From Amphiscolops sp. MND2022 (Eukaryota): DNA of 64,000 nucleotides. Location: positions 86,492,001-86,556,000 of the forward strand of contig OZ076409.1 in NCBI GenBank assembly GCA_964187785.1, given 5' to 3'. Made by a program: the position numbers and the translations under genes. Shown piece after piece: positions 61,466 to 64,000 of this stretch (positions are counted from its first letter, which is position 1; each line of letters starts with the position of its first letter). The notes beneath the pieces were generated by a model, which made no database searches, was not told the DNA's origin, and worked only from the letters and a program-made list of their open reading frames with translations.

Positions 61466-61953
61466 CTTGTATTAATTTGGTTCCTGGTTGAACCGCTTCA
61501 CTGCTTTTGTCTCCTCCTTCCCGTTGGAACCCAATAGACTGCTCTGATCTTGTTTTGTGTGGCAGGGACTGTATGAAAAGCGGCGATATTCCTCTGCTTG
61601 CGTACTCCAGCAGCAAGTGAGATTCAATCGTTTCTTTTGCGGGCGGTAGTTGCAAAAAGCAGTAGGGACAGCGAAAGTAGTCTTCAGACGACGGTGGGGT
61701 TTCACCATCATCTGTTTTGAGAGCCGAGTCTTCGTTTTCAAACTGTTTTGGCATGTTGCTCATTGCTATCAAAGTTTCCTCGTGTTTTCTATTGAGTTGA
61801 ACGGCTGGTTTGTTGACCGTTTTCAAGCTAACTGATGGGTTTTGCGGCTGGTATGACGTGATTGGTTGCTCCAGTTGTCCAATAAAGAAGCGAGGAGTGA
61901 TCGGTGATCTTGGGTGAACAGATGAAGTTAAATGATCTATTGGGTATTGGTAT
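61466..61953 (-). CDS. PRDM8/ZNF488-like gene, upstream exon with degenerate zinc finger
   Basis: FRCPYCFLQL...ESHLL; aag|gtatgt donor phase 1; 5' boundary (ttattcaag|) uncertain. Confidence 0.55.
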
Positions 61954-64000
61954 CTTGAATAAAAAGATTAGCGAATGATGGGAATGGTGAAAAGTTCTGT
62001 CAGCTGCTAACTGGACTTGACGTTTGGAAAGACAATAAATGACTTGATGATTTCACCCAAACCCCAATGGAATGCAGATGTCAAATTACATTTGCGATGC
62101 TAAATCTGCCTTGAAAAGAGACTTGCTAGTCGTCGAATAACCGCTTTGGAATCTCACTGCCGCCGCCGTTGTTGCCGTTGTCTAATGTTGCCTGGTTACA
62201 TTGAGTAAATTGACTGAGTGCAAATGGACGACGGGTTAATATTGATTTGGAGTCGGAAGTTATGAAGTGGTTAAATGATTGTATTGTTTATTAATATGAG
62301 AGGGTGTTATCAAGACGCTGCTGAAAATGGGATAATTTGTGCGGGCACGAGAACAAATGTGTTTGATGGGGTAAAGAGGCGACGACTAGCGGAGCAGAAG
62401 GACTCTAAGTGAATAAGTTATTCGTCTAAATAGTATAATACAATAAAAGCAATCCATAACTAGATAACGTAAACTGATTTGCAATAACTGTGGAGTAGCA
62501 GCCGATGCACTAATTGCATTAAGCCCCTTTTTTGATTGATGTGACAAAATGTTGATAAATTTGTCTTTTGTGCTCATATTTAGCGCTCATTATGTTCCCA
62601 TAGTTTTTGCTGACATCAAATGTCTGGGGAGCATAAATTAAGCGAACCAAAGTGCTCATTGCTGATGCCTCGCATACCCATACCCCGTCCCAATACACTA
62701 AACACACATACATACTGCACAAGCAGAATTGTTCTTCCCGCCGCTACTTTTCTTCAACCCGCCGCCCGCCTCGATTGGCAAAAAGAAGAGGCATTGCTGA
62801 CAGAACTGAGAGAGCACAAAAGGCAAGAAAGCATCCAAGAAGAGAGCAGCGAAGAAAAGCAAAAAATTGAAAAAATTTCAGCAATAGTCCGTGCAACAGG
62901 ATCAGTCTTTACTTTCCTAAAAACCTGGGTTAATTGCTGAAATTTAGTGTAATCACTCTTGATGATTTTGGCTTAGTTTTTTGTTCAAAAAAAGAAGGGG
63001 AAAAGCGGCTGTTGAATGAATATTTGCAAGTTCATTTGATGTTGGGGAAATCATGTTCAAGGGTAGATTTAATTGATGTAGGAAATGGCGGAAGTTAAAT
63101 GACGCTTGCCTTTCATGCAGTGAGGGGTTGTTTAGAGATGCGTGGATTTAGTTGAGAGAAGATTCGCGGTGCTAATGTGTGTTGGTCTTTAGCGGTGTTT
63201 TGGTTTGGATTAGACTAGGGGAAATCTTGCTGAACTCTCTAGAGTAATGAAGGCTGTCAGTTATAACTCTCGTCTCGTCTTGGCTCTTCTGGTCCTGCTC
63301 CCTAGACTCTTCTGCTCTCCTTAATCAGTCAATCAACAATCAAACTCCCATTATTATCAATCCATTAACCCATCTGTCCAAATATTTAGTCGCTCCACTC
63401 TTGTTTCTTTGGCTGCCGCTGCTGCAGCACCTAAATCATTACTAACTCCTGGCTTCCTCCTCGAATGGTATTCACTCTTTTTTTTCAAAAAATTCATCAA
63501 TCGCTCAGGAAAATGTGGATAAATTTGTGAGTGGATAATTTTTATTCTCGAAATAGAGTCGAATCGTTAATTAAAAATTCAAAAGAAATGCTTTGTACAA
63601 CAAATCCTCAGAAAAAATGATGTTGAGTTTTATTTCGGTCTCTTTATTTCGATTTGTCTGAGAGCTATGGGAAGAGAGAGTTAGTGAAGTATATTGCCAC
63701 AACCCTATCTGGACGCATATGATTGGATACGAAGAAGGAAGCGCGACCAAAGTTGTAAATTTTCTAAAGATCCACATGAACATCTGTGAGTCATCAGATC
63801 TTAGATTCGAATCCCCCCTTTGGCCTCAACCCTATGTGTGTAATTTGACGTATAATTCGGATGTAACGCAAATGATTAGATTACAACCGTATTTGATACG
63901 AAAGTAGAAATAACAAAAGAAGTCGTCACCCTTTCGATTTTTTTCGACTTGAAGTTTTTTGTGGAACTCGCTTAGAACTTGGGCTGTATTTAGTATTTCT

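Overview
AT-rich, repeat-dense animal (invertebrate-type) genomic DNA with spliceosomal introns; not prokaryotic. Host genes: a minus-strand innexin (4 in-frame exons, 43641->36914; first coding exon not found), a plus-strand multi-exon low-complexity gene of unknown function (~47.7-58.07 kb) and a minus-strand PRDM8/ZNF488-like C2H2 zinc-finger gene (59.7-62 kb). Mobile DNA dominates the rest. It includes a decayed Helentron (RepHel plus AP-endonuclease, ~9.3-15.8 kb), three families of DINE-1/HINE-like non-autonomous elements (two carrying tRNA-like Pol III boxes), MITEs, a hAT remnant, and a ~248-bp intronic satellite interrupted by a TG..CA insertion holding a 528-bp palindrome. There is also a BEL/Pao LTR retrotransposon (25629-32951, LTRs identical by eye, GCCCC TSD). 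The most striking observation is that this BEL/Pao element has a broken gag-pol but carries an intact antisense 420-aa ORF with a complete JmjC (Fe/2-oxoglutarate dioxygenase) motif set, a candidate transposon-encoded chromatin or anti-silencing enzyme. All calls were made by eye from motifs; no database searches were run.
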